A stretch of 62,953 nucleotides of DNA, the filler included, from Chiloscyllium plagiosum (Eukaryota), in the NCBI RefSeq assembly GCF_004010195.1. It is 3 parts of one record of this genome, joined end to end, with 100 filler letters (N's around TTAATTAATTAA, not from the genome) between each part and the next. Parts side by side here need not be neighbours in the genome. Positions count along the whole stretch, not along the records: positions 1 to 30,243 come from NC_057710.1; positions 30,344 to 56,449 come from NC_057710.1; 1 more part is not named here. The stretch is one strand, 5' to 3'. Positions 25,599 to 37,057 of the stretch are shown here, piece after piece (position 1 is the first letter of the stretch; each line of letters opens with the position of its first letter). A program made the position numbers and the translations under genes. The notes under the pieces are model-generated. The model was not told the origin of the DNA and did no database searches. It was given only the letters and a program-made list of their open reading frames with translations.

Positions 25599-26354
25599 TG
25601 CTGGAAACAGAAATTGTTTTGAAATTATTTATTTCTGGGTTAGTTTGACAAGGGTACAAGACTGCAATTGCTGTAGTGCCCTGATATACAGTATTACTCA
25701 CTTATATTGTATATACACCACATATGTAACAAATATTCGTGGTGTGAACAGTAAAAGAGTTTGTACTGTATTACTTGTACGACAAGCCACTACAGCATAA
25801 CTGCAATTTGCAATGGATGATAGTTTACTCTTTAAATAGAACCCATTGGATCACCTTTTAGCTTCCAGTAATGGAAAATTGATGAGACTTCTGTCAGTTC
25901 TTGGTGGGACCTGGAAAATTTGCAGGCTGCCAGAGGCCATAGAACAGAACTCTGCATGAATTAACTATGACCAGAGCTTTGCTTCTTGCATTTCAAACAT
26001 GCCTCCGGTAGTCAGTATAGCTTTTACTGCCAGTTTACAACATTTTTAGAACCACCTGAGATACTACCACTTGCTGCAAAATAACTAGGACATTATGTAA
26101 GGAGTTAGGGACCAGAAATAGAATCTTCTCCTGTAGGTTTAAGCACAATCGTGCTGTTGTCTGGAACTTAGTGAGTACACAGTGCGTCAGGAGAACCGAT
26201 TGCACCTGTAGCTCACCATAAACTGAGTTTTTTAAAAAATGTCAAATTATTCCAAGAAGATGAGCCCCTTCTCAGCTTTCCTTATTTGCTAAGTGCAGTG
26301 AAATCAAATGCAATTCCTGTCATGTAGCACAATCATACCCTGAGGATGGCTACC

Positions 26355-26480
26355 TTAGAACATAGAACATAAAAGATGGAACATGGAACATTGAACACAG
26401 AACACAGAACACAAAACACAAAACATAAAATATAAAACATGGAACATGGAACATGGAACATAGAGCATAGAACATAAAAC
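26355..26480. repeat. Degenerate 7-bp (agaacat)n array, an expanded CR1 tail
   Basis: Abuts the 3' end of a minus-strand CR1. The same motif occurs as the tail at 61725-61740. Confidence 0.85.
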
Positions 26481-29400
26481 ATTACAGCGCAGTACAGGCT
26501 CTTTGGCCCTTGATGTTGCACCGGCCTGTGGAACCAAGCTGAAGTGTATCTATCCTACACTATTCCGATCTCATCCATATGTTTATTCAATGACAATTTA
26601 AATGCCCTTAAATTTGGGCAATTCTACTACTGTTGCAGGCAGGGCATCCCATGCCCCTACTACAGTCTGAGTAAAGAAACTACTTCTGACACCTGTTCTA
26701 TATCTATCACCCCTCAATTTATAGCTATGTCCGGTCATGCCAGCCATCACCATCCAAGGAAAAAGGCTCTCACTCTAACCCTCTGATTACCTTGTAAGTC
26801 TCAATTAAGTCACCTCTCAACCTTCTCTCTAACGCAAAAAGCTTCAAGTCCCTCAGCCTTTCTTAGTAAGACCTTCCCTCCATACCAGGCAACATCTTCT
26901 TAAATCTCCTCTTCACTCTTTCCAAATCTTCCCCATCCTTCCTACAATGCAGTGACCAGAACTGTATGCAATACTTCAAGTGCGGTCGTATCAGAATTTT
27001 CTACCTCTGCAACATGACCTTGTGGCTCTGAAACTCAATCCTTTCAACAATAAAAACTAACATACTGTATGCCTTTTTAACCACCCTAACAACCTGGGTG
27101 ACAACTTTCAGGGATCTATGCACATGGACACCAAGATCTTTCTGCTCAGCTACTCTACCAAGAATCTTACCATTAGCCCTGTACGCTTTATTACTGTTGC
27201 TCCTTCCAAAGTGAATCACCTCACACTTTTCCACATTAAACTCCATTTTCCACCTCTCAACCGAGCCCTGCAGCTTATCTATGTCCCTCTGCAACCTTCA
27301 ACACTATCCACAACTCCACCGAACTTAGTCTGATCCACAAATTTACTAGCCCATCCTTCTACACTCCCATCTAGCTCATTTATAAAAATGACAAACAACA
27401 GTGGCCCCAAAACAGATCCTTGTGGTTCACCACTAGTAACTGAACTCCCATCAACCATCATCCTCTGTTTTCTTTCAGCTAGTCAATTTCTGATCCAAAC
27501 TGTTAAATCACCCTCAATCCCATGCCTCTGTATTTTGTGCAATAGCCTACTGTGGTGAACCTTATCAAATGCCTTACTGAAATCCATTTAGACCACATCA
27601 ACTGCTTTACCTTCATCTATTTGTTTGTTCACCATCTCAAAGAACTCAATAAGGTTTGTAAGGCATGACTTACCCTTCACAAAGCTGTGCTGACTATCCC
27701 TCATCAAATTATTCCTCCCTAGATGGTTATAAATCCTATCTCTTAAAACCTTTTCCAACACTTTACCCACAACTGAAGTAAGCCTTACGAATTTATAATT
27801 ACCAAGGTTGTCTCTATTCCCCTTCTTGAACAAGGGGACAACATTTGCTAACTTCCAGTCCTCTGGCACAATTCCTGTAGACAATGACGACAGAAAGAGC
27901 AAAGTCAAAGGCCCTACAATCTCCTCCATGGCTTCCCAGACAGTCCAAGGACAAATTCCATCTGGCCCAGGGGACTTAGCAACTCTGGAAAGTGTTAAAA
28001 TAGCTAACATCTCCTCCTTATGAACCTCAATCCCTTTGAGAGGAAAGGATAGCAAAGATGATTCTGGATAGGACCAAAAGTAACAGGATAGTTGTTATGG
28101 GGTCTTTACCTTTCCAAATATTGACTGGAAATACTACAGTTTGAGTACTTTAGACGGGTCAGTTTTTGTCCAATGCGTGCAGGATGGTTTCTTGACACAG
28201 TATGTAGACAAGCCAAAAAAGGTCAATGCCAGTCTGGTAGCTTGTATTTCAGTTTTCTCCTCAGCAACATTGTCTTTTTCCAGTGACAAAAAATATTCAT
28301 TTTGTGCTTCCCCTATATCCTTGGACTCCACGCCCAACTTCCCACAACCATCCTTGATTGGCCTGAATCTTACTTCCGTAATTCCTTTATTCCTGCTTTA
28401 CCTATAGAAAGCTTTAGAGCTTTCCTCGACCCTATCTGCCAATGATTTCTCATGTCCCCTCTTGGCTCTTCTTAGCTCTCTCTTTAGGCTTTTCCTGGCT
28501 AACTTGTAAATCTCAAGCAACCTAACTGAGCCTTCAAGTCTCATCCTAACATAAACCGCCTTCCTTCTCTTGATAAGAAATTTAACTTCTTTAGTAAACC
28601 ACAGTTCACTCACTCGATTACTTCCTCCCTGCCTGACAGATATATATTTATCAAGGACACACAGTAACTGTGCCTTGAATAAGCTCCACATTTCAATTGT
28701 GGCCATCCCTTGCAGTTTCCTTCTCCATCCAATGCATCCTAATTCTTGCCTAATCACATCATAATTGCCTTTCCCCCTGCAATAACTCTTACCCCCTGCA
28801 TTATATACCTATCCTTTTCCATTGCTAAATTAAACATAACCAAATTGTGGTCACTATCACCAAAGTGCTCACCTACCTCCAAATGTTACACCTGGCCAGG
28901 TTTATTATCCAGTGCCAAATCCAATTCGGCCTTGCCTCTTGTTGGCTTGTCTACATACTGTGTCAGGAAATCATCCTGCACTCATTGGACAAAAAACTGA
29001 CCCATCTAAAGTACTTGAACTATAGTATTTCCAGTCAATATTTGGAAAGTTAAAGACCCCATAGCTACCCTGTTACTTTTGCTCCAATACAGAGCGTTGT
29101 TTGCTATCCTTTCTTCTACATCTCTGGAAATTTTCGGAGGCCCATAGAAAACTCCCAACAGGGTGACCTCTCCTTTCAGTAGACGAGTCCCTCAAATGTC
29201 CTTCCTGCCACCGTAATACTGTGCTTGACTAACAATGCCACACCACCCCCTCTTTTACCACCTTCCATGTTTTTAACTGAAACATCTAAATCTCGGAACC
29301 TGCAACAACCATTCCTGTCACTGCTCTACCCATGTCTCCGAAATGATCACAACATCGAATTCCCAGGTATCAACCCATACTGCAAGTTCACCCAGGCTCC

Positions 29401-29810
29401 TGGTGTTGAAGTAAACACACTTAAAACCACCTTCCTGCTTGCCTGGTGCACTCTTGTGACCTTGAAACTATATTTCTGACCTCACTACTCTCAACCTCCT
29501 GGACACTGGAACTACAATTTAGGTTCCCATACCCCTGCTGAATTAGTTTAAACCCTCCTGAAGAGCATTAGCAAATGTCTCCTCAGGATATTAGTACTCC
29601 TCTGCTTCAGATGTAGACTATCCTATTTGTAGAGGTCCCACCTACCCCAGAATGAGCCCCAATTATCCAGGTACCAAAACCCTCCCTCCTGCACCATCCC
29701 TGTAGCCACATGTTCAACTCTTCTCTCTTCCTATTCCTTGCCTTGCCTGCACATGGCACAGGAAACAAACAAGAGATAACAATTGTTTGTTCTCACACTA
29801 AGCTTTCACC
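26355..29810 (-). mobile_element. Long decayed CR1 LINE (APE endonuclease plus RT ORF2, extending toward ORF1)
   Basis: KSPGPDGI, PEDWKLANVVPLFKKG, SQHSFVKGKSCLTNLIEFFE, PQGSVLGPLLFVIFIN, and endonuclease remnant FLTQYVDKP. Confidence 0.9.
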
Positions 29811-30243
29811 CATTTGAGTGGGAGCAGCGTCGAAGTAAAAGCGAACCCGGGAGACTACAGCAAAGGTAAGACAGTTTGTTTTAAAATTGCTTACCTGTAG
29901 CGGGCAGCGGTGTGTTTTTTTTTACTCTCTCTCCACAGAAAGAGCGGGAGCAGCAGAGGAAGTGACGGCAAGCAGAGGGGCAGCCGGGAAGGAAAAGTGA
30001 GTATAAATACTCACCCCTTGACACGAACGGTCATTTGAGTGGGAGCAGCGTCGAAGTAAAAGCGAACCCGGGAGACTACAGCAAAGGTAAGACAGTTTGT
30101 TTTAAAATTGCTTACCTGTAGCAGGCAGCGGTGTGTTTTTTTTTACTCTCTCTCCACAGAAAGAGCGGGAGCAGCAGAGGAAGTGACGGCAAGCAGAGGG
30201 GCAGCCGGGAAGGAAAAGTGAGTATAAATACCCACCCCTTGAC
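29811..30243 (+). repeat. 221-bp CpG-rich tandem monomer (about 2 copies, running into a gap)
   Basis: Near-identical units start catttgagtgggagcagcgtcg at 29811 and 30032. Confidence 0.9.
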
Positions 30244-30343
30244 NNNNNNNNNNNNNNNNNNNNNNNNNNNNNNNNNNNNNNNNNNNNTTAATTAATTAAN
30301 NNNNNNNNNNNNNNNNNNNNNNNNNNNNNNNNNNNNNNNNNNN
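30244..30343. other. Synthetic contig join (44 N + TTAATTAATTAA + 44 N)
   Basis: An identical 100-nt construct recurs at 56450-56549. The 12-mer places stops in all six frames. Confidence 0.85.
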
Positions 30344-30513
30344 TCTCATTTATCTCTCCACCCTTCAGGCACTCTGCCTGTATTCCTGATGAAGGGCTTT
30401 TGCCGGAAACGTCGATTTTCCTGCTCCTCGGATGCTGCCTGAACTGCTGTGCTTTTCCAGCACTGCTCTTCTCCAGCAACTCGTTTCCAGTATCTGCAGT
30501 CATTGTTTTTACC
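30344..30513 (+). mobile_element. PLE family A terminal repeat with a hammerhead motif (stem II mismatch)
   Basis: attc CTGATGA A GGGC tttt GCCG GAAA CGT C gatt at 30382-30417. Closely similar to 58170-58290. Confidence 0.8.
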
Positions 30514-30822
30514 AAAAGGATATCCCTTCACTGTGACGCTGTGCCGCGGGTCCTAGTCTCTCCTATTAGTGGAAACATCTTCTCCATATCCACTCTATCC
30601 AGGCCTCTTGGTATAATGAAACTTACAGAATACTGAGAGGTCTGGTAGAATAGACTATCTGCAGTCATTGTTTTTACCAAAAGGATATCCCTTCACTGTG
30701 ACGCTGTGCCGCGGGTCCTAGTCTCTCCTATTAGTGGAAACATCTTCTCCATATCCACTCTATCCAGGCCTCTTGGTATAATGAAACTTACAGAATACTG
30801 AGAGGTCTGGTTAGAATAGACT
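30491..30822. repeat. 165-bp near-perfect tandem duplication
   Basis: Units start tatctgcagtcattgtttttacc at 30491 and 30656. Confidence 0.85.
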
Positions 30823-30949
30823 GGATAAGATGCTTTCTCCCAGTTAATATGTACGTGGTTACAATCCTGTGCTATTAATGCCTTTATTATTCTTATACGT
30901 CTCCGAAATTTTGTTTACATATTGATCCACTGCCATCCTGATTCGGAAA

Positions 30950-31140
30950 TATATCACTTATTCCTTTAGTGTCATTGGGTCAAAATCCTGGGAACCCTCC
31001 CTAACGGCATTGTGGGTGTACAAACATCAAATGGACTACATGAGCATTCTTGAGCAGCTCAAGAATGCAGCTCACCACATTCTCAAGCTCAATAATGGAT
31101 GGGCAATGGCCCCAGCCAGTAATGCCCAAATACTTTGAGT
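30950..31140 (+). mobile_element. 3' end of an unclassified LINE family (second copy at ~51740-52005)
   Basis: Shared motif ggcattgtg...aatggac...tcaagaa..agctcaccac...ggatgggc. Confidence 0.55.
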
Positions 31141-33809
31141 GAATACAAAATATGTATATATATTACACACTGCAGTGATGGAGAGAGTGAATTTCTAATG
31201 TGGTGGACAGGGTGTTGATTAAGCAGATTGCTCTGTCCTCTGTGGTGTCAATTGTCTTGAGGTTTGTTTCAACTGGACCATTCCTCACATGTTAAAAAGA
31301 AGTCTCATCTTAGTTGGGTGGAGAGATTCTGGGGAGTCAGCAGGTGAGCCATTCGCCACAGTTGTCCAGTCTCAAACCTGTGTTTGTGGCTGGAGCATTG
31401 ATCTGGCTGTTCCAGGTGAGTTTCTGACAAGCGGTGATTCCCACAACGTAGATGGTGGAAGACTTAGCAATGGTAATTTCAATGGATGGTATGGCTGCCT
31501 TTGTTGGAGATATTACTTGTTACTTAATAACTGAATTCTGGATGTTGTTCAGGTCTTGTCGCATACAGGCATGGACCATTTCATTATCTGAGAAATTGTC
31601 AATGACACAGAACAATATTTTATTGTCACAAACTGCCCACTTGTAATCTTCTCATCAGACCTATCTCAATCTTTTATTAAGTTGAATATAGTTTGATGAA
31701 AGTTAGGATCTTAAGGACCTATTACAATCACCCTCCAACAACCACAGTGATTTTTTTGTTGCAGAAATGACTCCAGTCAACAGAAAGATTTCTCCTTTGA
31801 CTCCCACTGACTTTTTTTGACTGGGATGCATGGATAATGAGGTTATATGATTCATACACTGGTTTCCTTTATTTCTAAACATGAAGGATCTAGTGCATAA
31901 AATCCAAAATAATAGCTGGTTTGAAATTTATTTTGCAACATGTTCTATTTTTGTAACACAATCATGAAGTTCTCATGATCACATAAACCATAAATGGAAA
32001 GTGAATTTGATTCACAAAGATACCCTTTCACCTTGTGTCACATGTAGGATTAGAACTGATGCAGCAGAGCAATCTCAAACAGGATGAGCTCTCCCTACTG
32101 CACAGTCAATTATTCAAACACTCAATGAGGAACAAACCCTCACAAATGAAGAACACCCCACATTCCATACTAGGTCTATGTTAGCTAATTTCAGTTAGTG
32201 GACAGTCAGTATAATACAATAGCCTTAATCCCTCTGGACAGTAACAGTTCCTGGTTGCTAACCTGCATTGGAAAATTCAAGATTTCGCATTTTTAAACTT
32301 AAATTTATGTTGAAACTTGTTCTGAATCCCTGGAGTTAGTGTCAAATGCTTAGCATCACATGACAGGGAAAAGAATGGGAACAGCCTTTTTAACTTAAGG
32401 AAAAACACCTTTTCCCAATCATGTTACAATGCATTTAATATTATAAACTGGGGGCAGAACATTCCTTACTTATAAAGAATGCTTTAAAGACACCAGTCAA
32501 TTATTTGGCACAGAACATGGGCCATTAGCTATTCCATGCATTTTCTCCAGTATTGGTCATGGCAGTAGGTGTAGGCAGGCTGAAATCACTTGTGTCCTTC
32601 CTCCACTGTGGATTGCTTGATAACAGTCAGGCACAGCAGACTAGCTCCACCAGGTACTAAGGCTAATCATAATGTGCCACTGTTCATTGACTGAAATAGC
32701 TAATATGGATCCAGCATCAAACATGTGATGGCATTTACCTGTGGGCCTTATTTCCCCTTTGGGCAGTTGGATATTCAATCTGTGCAATACAGAGTATGGA
32801 TCTTGTGTTGAGGTTACAGTGAAGCATCATTATGTTCACTCATGTATGATATTGATTGTGTTCTATGAGCCATGTGTTGTGGGCTGTGTTACTTCAAGCA
32901 TAAGTAAGCACATGTGGTCAAGAGAATGAGGTGTAGAAACTGTGCAATGTAATTGTATAAAAGAAGTACATTGACCACAGTTTATATTGCAAGAATCTAA
33001 ACAAGAAAAGTAGCATGTGTTGCAGTATTTCAATTCTCTTAATAGCGTTAGCTATTATCATGCTCCTTTAGCAAATTGAGGGATGGGCTGTCTTTTATTA
33101 ATTGTCAAAAAATATTCTTGAAAATATATTTGTCAAACCTTTGTTTGGGGAGGATGCAGAGAGGTGATGAGGCAAGAGAGTCATGTGTTACTTTTTTTAG
33201 AAAGACCGCAAGTACAACTGATGCAATGATCCAACTCAAAACAATTGAAATCACCTTGCTGTGTGCTTGTTAAAAATAAATAATACAAAAGGTTTGCCAA
33301 ACAATGTTTTTGTGAAGCCACTGTCGATCTAAAAATGTCAAATATCTGTAATAACATTAAAAATTGTCATTGCTCGCTTTGAGTCAGACTTCTTCATTAT
33401 AAATTACCCGACATATATGATACATAATGCTTAAGTAAATTTGTCGTACTTTATTAATACCTCCCACCAATGAGGTTAAACAGTATCCTTGTTCTTTATT
33501 TGACACTACAAAGAAACTATTATCCTTCAACTAGGGCAACATCTCTACTTTTCAACTTACCATTATGTTTTACTAGTTATTTTGGAGAGGCAGTGACACT
33601 ATGGTAATATCATGGGATGAGTAAAACAAAACACCAGTTCTGGGACATGGGTTTGAATCACACTGAGGCAGATGAGGAATACTTGAATCCTTCCCTTCAA
33701 AAGATGATACGAATGTACAAATTAGGAGCCAAGGTAGGCCATTTGACCATTCAAGCCTTCTCTACAATTCAATAAGATTTGTTTGCATTCTGAATTCCAC
33801 ATTCAATCT

Positions 33810-34665
33810 AACTAGCCATTTGGATACAGAACTGGGCTCAAAGGTAGAAGACTGAGGGTGGTGGTGGAGGGTTGTTTTTCAGACTGGAGGCCTGTGACCA
33901 GTGGAGTGCCACAAGGATCGGTGCAGGGCCCTCTACTTTTTGTCATTTACATAAATGATTTGGATGTGAGCATAAGAGGTACAGTTAGTAAGTTTGCAGA
34001 TTACACCAAAATTGGAGGTGTAGTGGACAGNNNNNNNNNNNNNNNNNNNNNNNNNNNNNNNNNNNNNNNNNNNNNNNNNNNNNNNNNNNNNNNNNNNNNN
34101 NNNNNNNNNNNNNNNNNNNNNNNNNNNNNNNNNNNNNNNNNNNNNNNNNNNNNNNNNNNNNNNNNNNNNNNNNNNNNNNNNNNNNNNNNNNNNNNNNNNN
34201 NNNNNNNNNNNNNNNNNNNNNNNNNNNNNNNNNNNNNNNNNNNNNNNNNNNNNNNNNNNNNNNNNNNNNNNNNNNNNNNNNNNNNNNNNNNNNNNNNNNN
34301 NNNNNNNNNNNNNNNNNNNNNNNNNNNNNNNNNNNNCAAAGTCTTTTCCCTGGGGTCAGGGAGTCCAGAACTAGAGGGCATAGGTTTAGGGTGAGAGGGG
34401 AAAGATATAAAAGGGACCTAAGGGGCAATTTTTTCATGCAGAGGGTGGTACGTGTATGGAATGAGCAGCCAGAGGATGTGGTGGAGGCTGTACAATTGCA
34501 ACATTTAAGAGGCATTTGGATGGGTATATGAATAGGAAGGGTTTGGAGGGATATGGGCCGGGTGCTGGCAGGTGGGACTAGATTGGGTTGGGATATCTGG
34601 TCAGTGTGGACAGGTTGGATCGAAGGGCCTGTTTCCATTCTGTAAATCTCTATGACTCCATGACT
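33810..34665 (+). mobile_element. CR1/HER1 LINE 3' portion spanning an N gap
   Basis: [28 protein letters not shown]...KFADYTK. Tail ctctatgactccatgact. Confidence 0.9.
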
Positions 34666-35993
34666 CTTCTCCAGCAACATTAGATTTCTGTTAAGCAAGG
34701 GACTCAATCTATCTCCACCTCAAAAATACTTAATAACCCCATTGAAACCACCTTCTGAGGCACAGCATTCTGGATTTTTATCTACTCACTTAACCTATCA
34801 ACATTGCTCTGCATCCTTGTTATGTTATCTTCGCAATATACTTTCCCATTTACCTTTGTGTCACATACAAATTAAGCTACAATGCCTTCACTCTCCCTGA
34901 TTTAAGTGTGTGATATAAATTGAAAAAGGCTGAGGATCTGGCACAGACCCCTGAGGACCCCACTCATCCCATCCTGCCAATCTTCAAAATATCTATCGTT
35001 GCATACTCTCTCTTTTCTACATCACAGTCAATTTTCTATCCATGTCTATGTGTTACTCCCTACAGAATTCCCTACTTTGCACAATGACCTTCCATCTGAA
35101 ATCTTGTCAAAAGCCTTCCAGAAATCCAAGTGCCAGGCACCAATGGGCTACCCTTTATCCACCTCACGTGTTAAAACTTCAAAGAATTCCAACAAATTTG
35201 TTAAACAAAATTTCCCTTTCACTTGCTCATCTGATTGCCTTGAGAATTTTCCCAAGTGCCCAGTATGACCCACTTAAATGATCAAATCTATTATGTTCTC
35301 TTGTCAGACATCAAGTTTACTGGCCTATAGCTTACTCGATTTTTTGCCTTCATTCCTTCTGAATGTGATCACAGATTTGTTACAGTGCAGAAAGAGGCCA
35401 TTCTGCCCATTGTGCCTGCACCGATTCTATTACCTAGTGCCAATCTCCAGTCTCTTTCCCATTTCCTTGCACACCTTTCCTATCCATATAATCATCTAAT
35501 GCCTTCTTGATTTCCCCAATTGAACCTGCTTTCACCATAGTTTGAGGCAGGGCATTCCATACCCTAATTACTCACTGAGTGAAAATGTCTTTTTCTCACG
35601 TCATCCTTGCTTTGTTTGCACATCAGTTTAAATCCCTCCCGTCTTGTTCTTTTTCTCTTTCACAAGCAGATCCAAAGTCTCCCTTTCTACTCTATTCAGC
35701 TCACTCATGATTTGGAAACCTTCTGTCAAAACTGCCCTCAATGTTCTTTTCACAATGAGTACAGTCCTAGCTTCTTCAATCTATCGTCATAGCTCAGGTT
35801 TCTCAATCCTGGAGCCATTTTAGTAAATCGCTTCTGCACCTCTCTAGTATAAGAGGTTATATTTGTTACTTCTCAAATACATTTTTTTTCTGATGTGACG
35901 ATTTTATGATCCAAAGTAAAAACTCAAATGTACACAACACCCAAATGAATGTTTGGAAAATGGTTCTCTTAAGTATGAATTACTCAACAATCA

Positions 35994-36305
35994 TGGCATG
36001 GTGGCTCAGTGGCTACCACTGCTGCCTCACAGCACCACGGTTCCAGGTTCGATTCCAGCCTCGGGCCACTGTCTGTGTAGAGTTTGCGCATTCTCCCCAT
36101 GTCTGCGTGGGTTTCCTCCAGGTGCTCTGGTTTCCTCCCACAGTTCAAAGATGTACAGGTCAGGTCAATTGGCCATGCTAAATTGCCCACAGTGTTAGGT
36201 ATATTAGTCAGAGGGAAATGAGACCGGGTGGGTTACTCTTCGGAGGATCGATGTGGACTTGTTGGGCCGAAGAGCCTGTTTCCACACTGTAGGGAATCTA
36301 ATCTG
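35994..36305 (+). mobile_element. HE1-type V-SINE
   Basis: Head ggcatggtggctcagtggctaccactgctgcctcacagc, tail tgtagggaatctaatct. Confidence 0.9.
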
Positions 36306-36399
36306 AGCCAAAGTAAACCACATTGTAATATTATTTCAATAAGTTGTACATTTGACACAAACAGAGCATCACACTATTACATTCACTTGCCTGCCAGGG

Positions 36400-36970
36400 G
36401 GCAGAGTTGAGTATGGTAGCCATTACAAAAGAGAAAGTGCTAGAAAAGCTAAAAGTTCTAAAAATTGATAAATCTCCTGGCCCCGATGGGCTATATCCTT
36501 GAGTTCTGAGGGAGGTGACTGAGGAAATAGCGGAGGTGTTGGTTGTGATCTTTCAAAAATCACTGGAGTCAGGAAAAGTCCCAGATGATTGGAAAATCAC
36601 TGTTGTAACCCCTTGTTCAAGAAAGAATCACGACAAAAGATGAAAAATTTCAGGCTGATTAGCCTAACCTTGGTTGTAGGTGAAATTCTAGAATCCATCG
36701 TTAAGGATGAGATTTCTAAATTCTTGGAAGTGCAGGGTCGGATTAAAACAAGTCAGCATGGACTTAGTAAGGGGAGGTCATGCCTGATAAGCCTGTTAGA
36801 ATTCTTTGAAGAGGTAACAAGTAGGTTAGACCAGGGAAACCCAGTGGATGTGGTCTGTGCCCGAAACGTCGAATCTCCTGTTCCCTGGATGCTGCCTGAC
36901 CTGCTGTGCTGTTCCAGCAATAAAGTTTCAACTTTTATTTTGGAATGTCAGCTAGTGACAAGTGGTGTCC
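36400..36970 (+). mobile_element. CR1 RT fragment interrupted by PLE family A sequence (36855-36932)
   Basis: DKSPGPDG, PLFKKESR, SQHGLSKGRSCLISLLEFFEEVT and VTSGVPQ motifs. Confidence 0.85.
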
Positions 36971-37022
36971 CGCAGTGCTGCTCCTTCATCAGTATCTGTG
37001 GAGTAGGATCCTGCTCCATAGC

Positions 37023-37057
37023 TACCTGATGAAGGAGCAGTGCTCCGAAAGCTAGTA
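37023..37057 (+). ncRNA. Minimal type I hammerhead ribozyme, family B, intact core
   Basis: uac CUGAUGA A GGAGC agu GCUCC GAAA GCU A gua, within a PLE family B fragment at ~36972-37103. Confidence 0.75.

Noticed and set aside
30491..30822. 165-bp tandem duplication as a biological event
   Set aside because: Near-perfect identity close to a contig end and spanning unrelated repeat pieces. More likely an assembly overlap artefact.
33858..34707. Long ORFs of 178-240 aa
   Set aside because: Inflated by N runs. The real parts are CR1 sequence.
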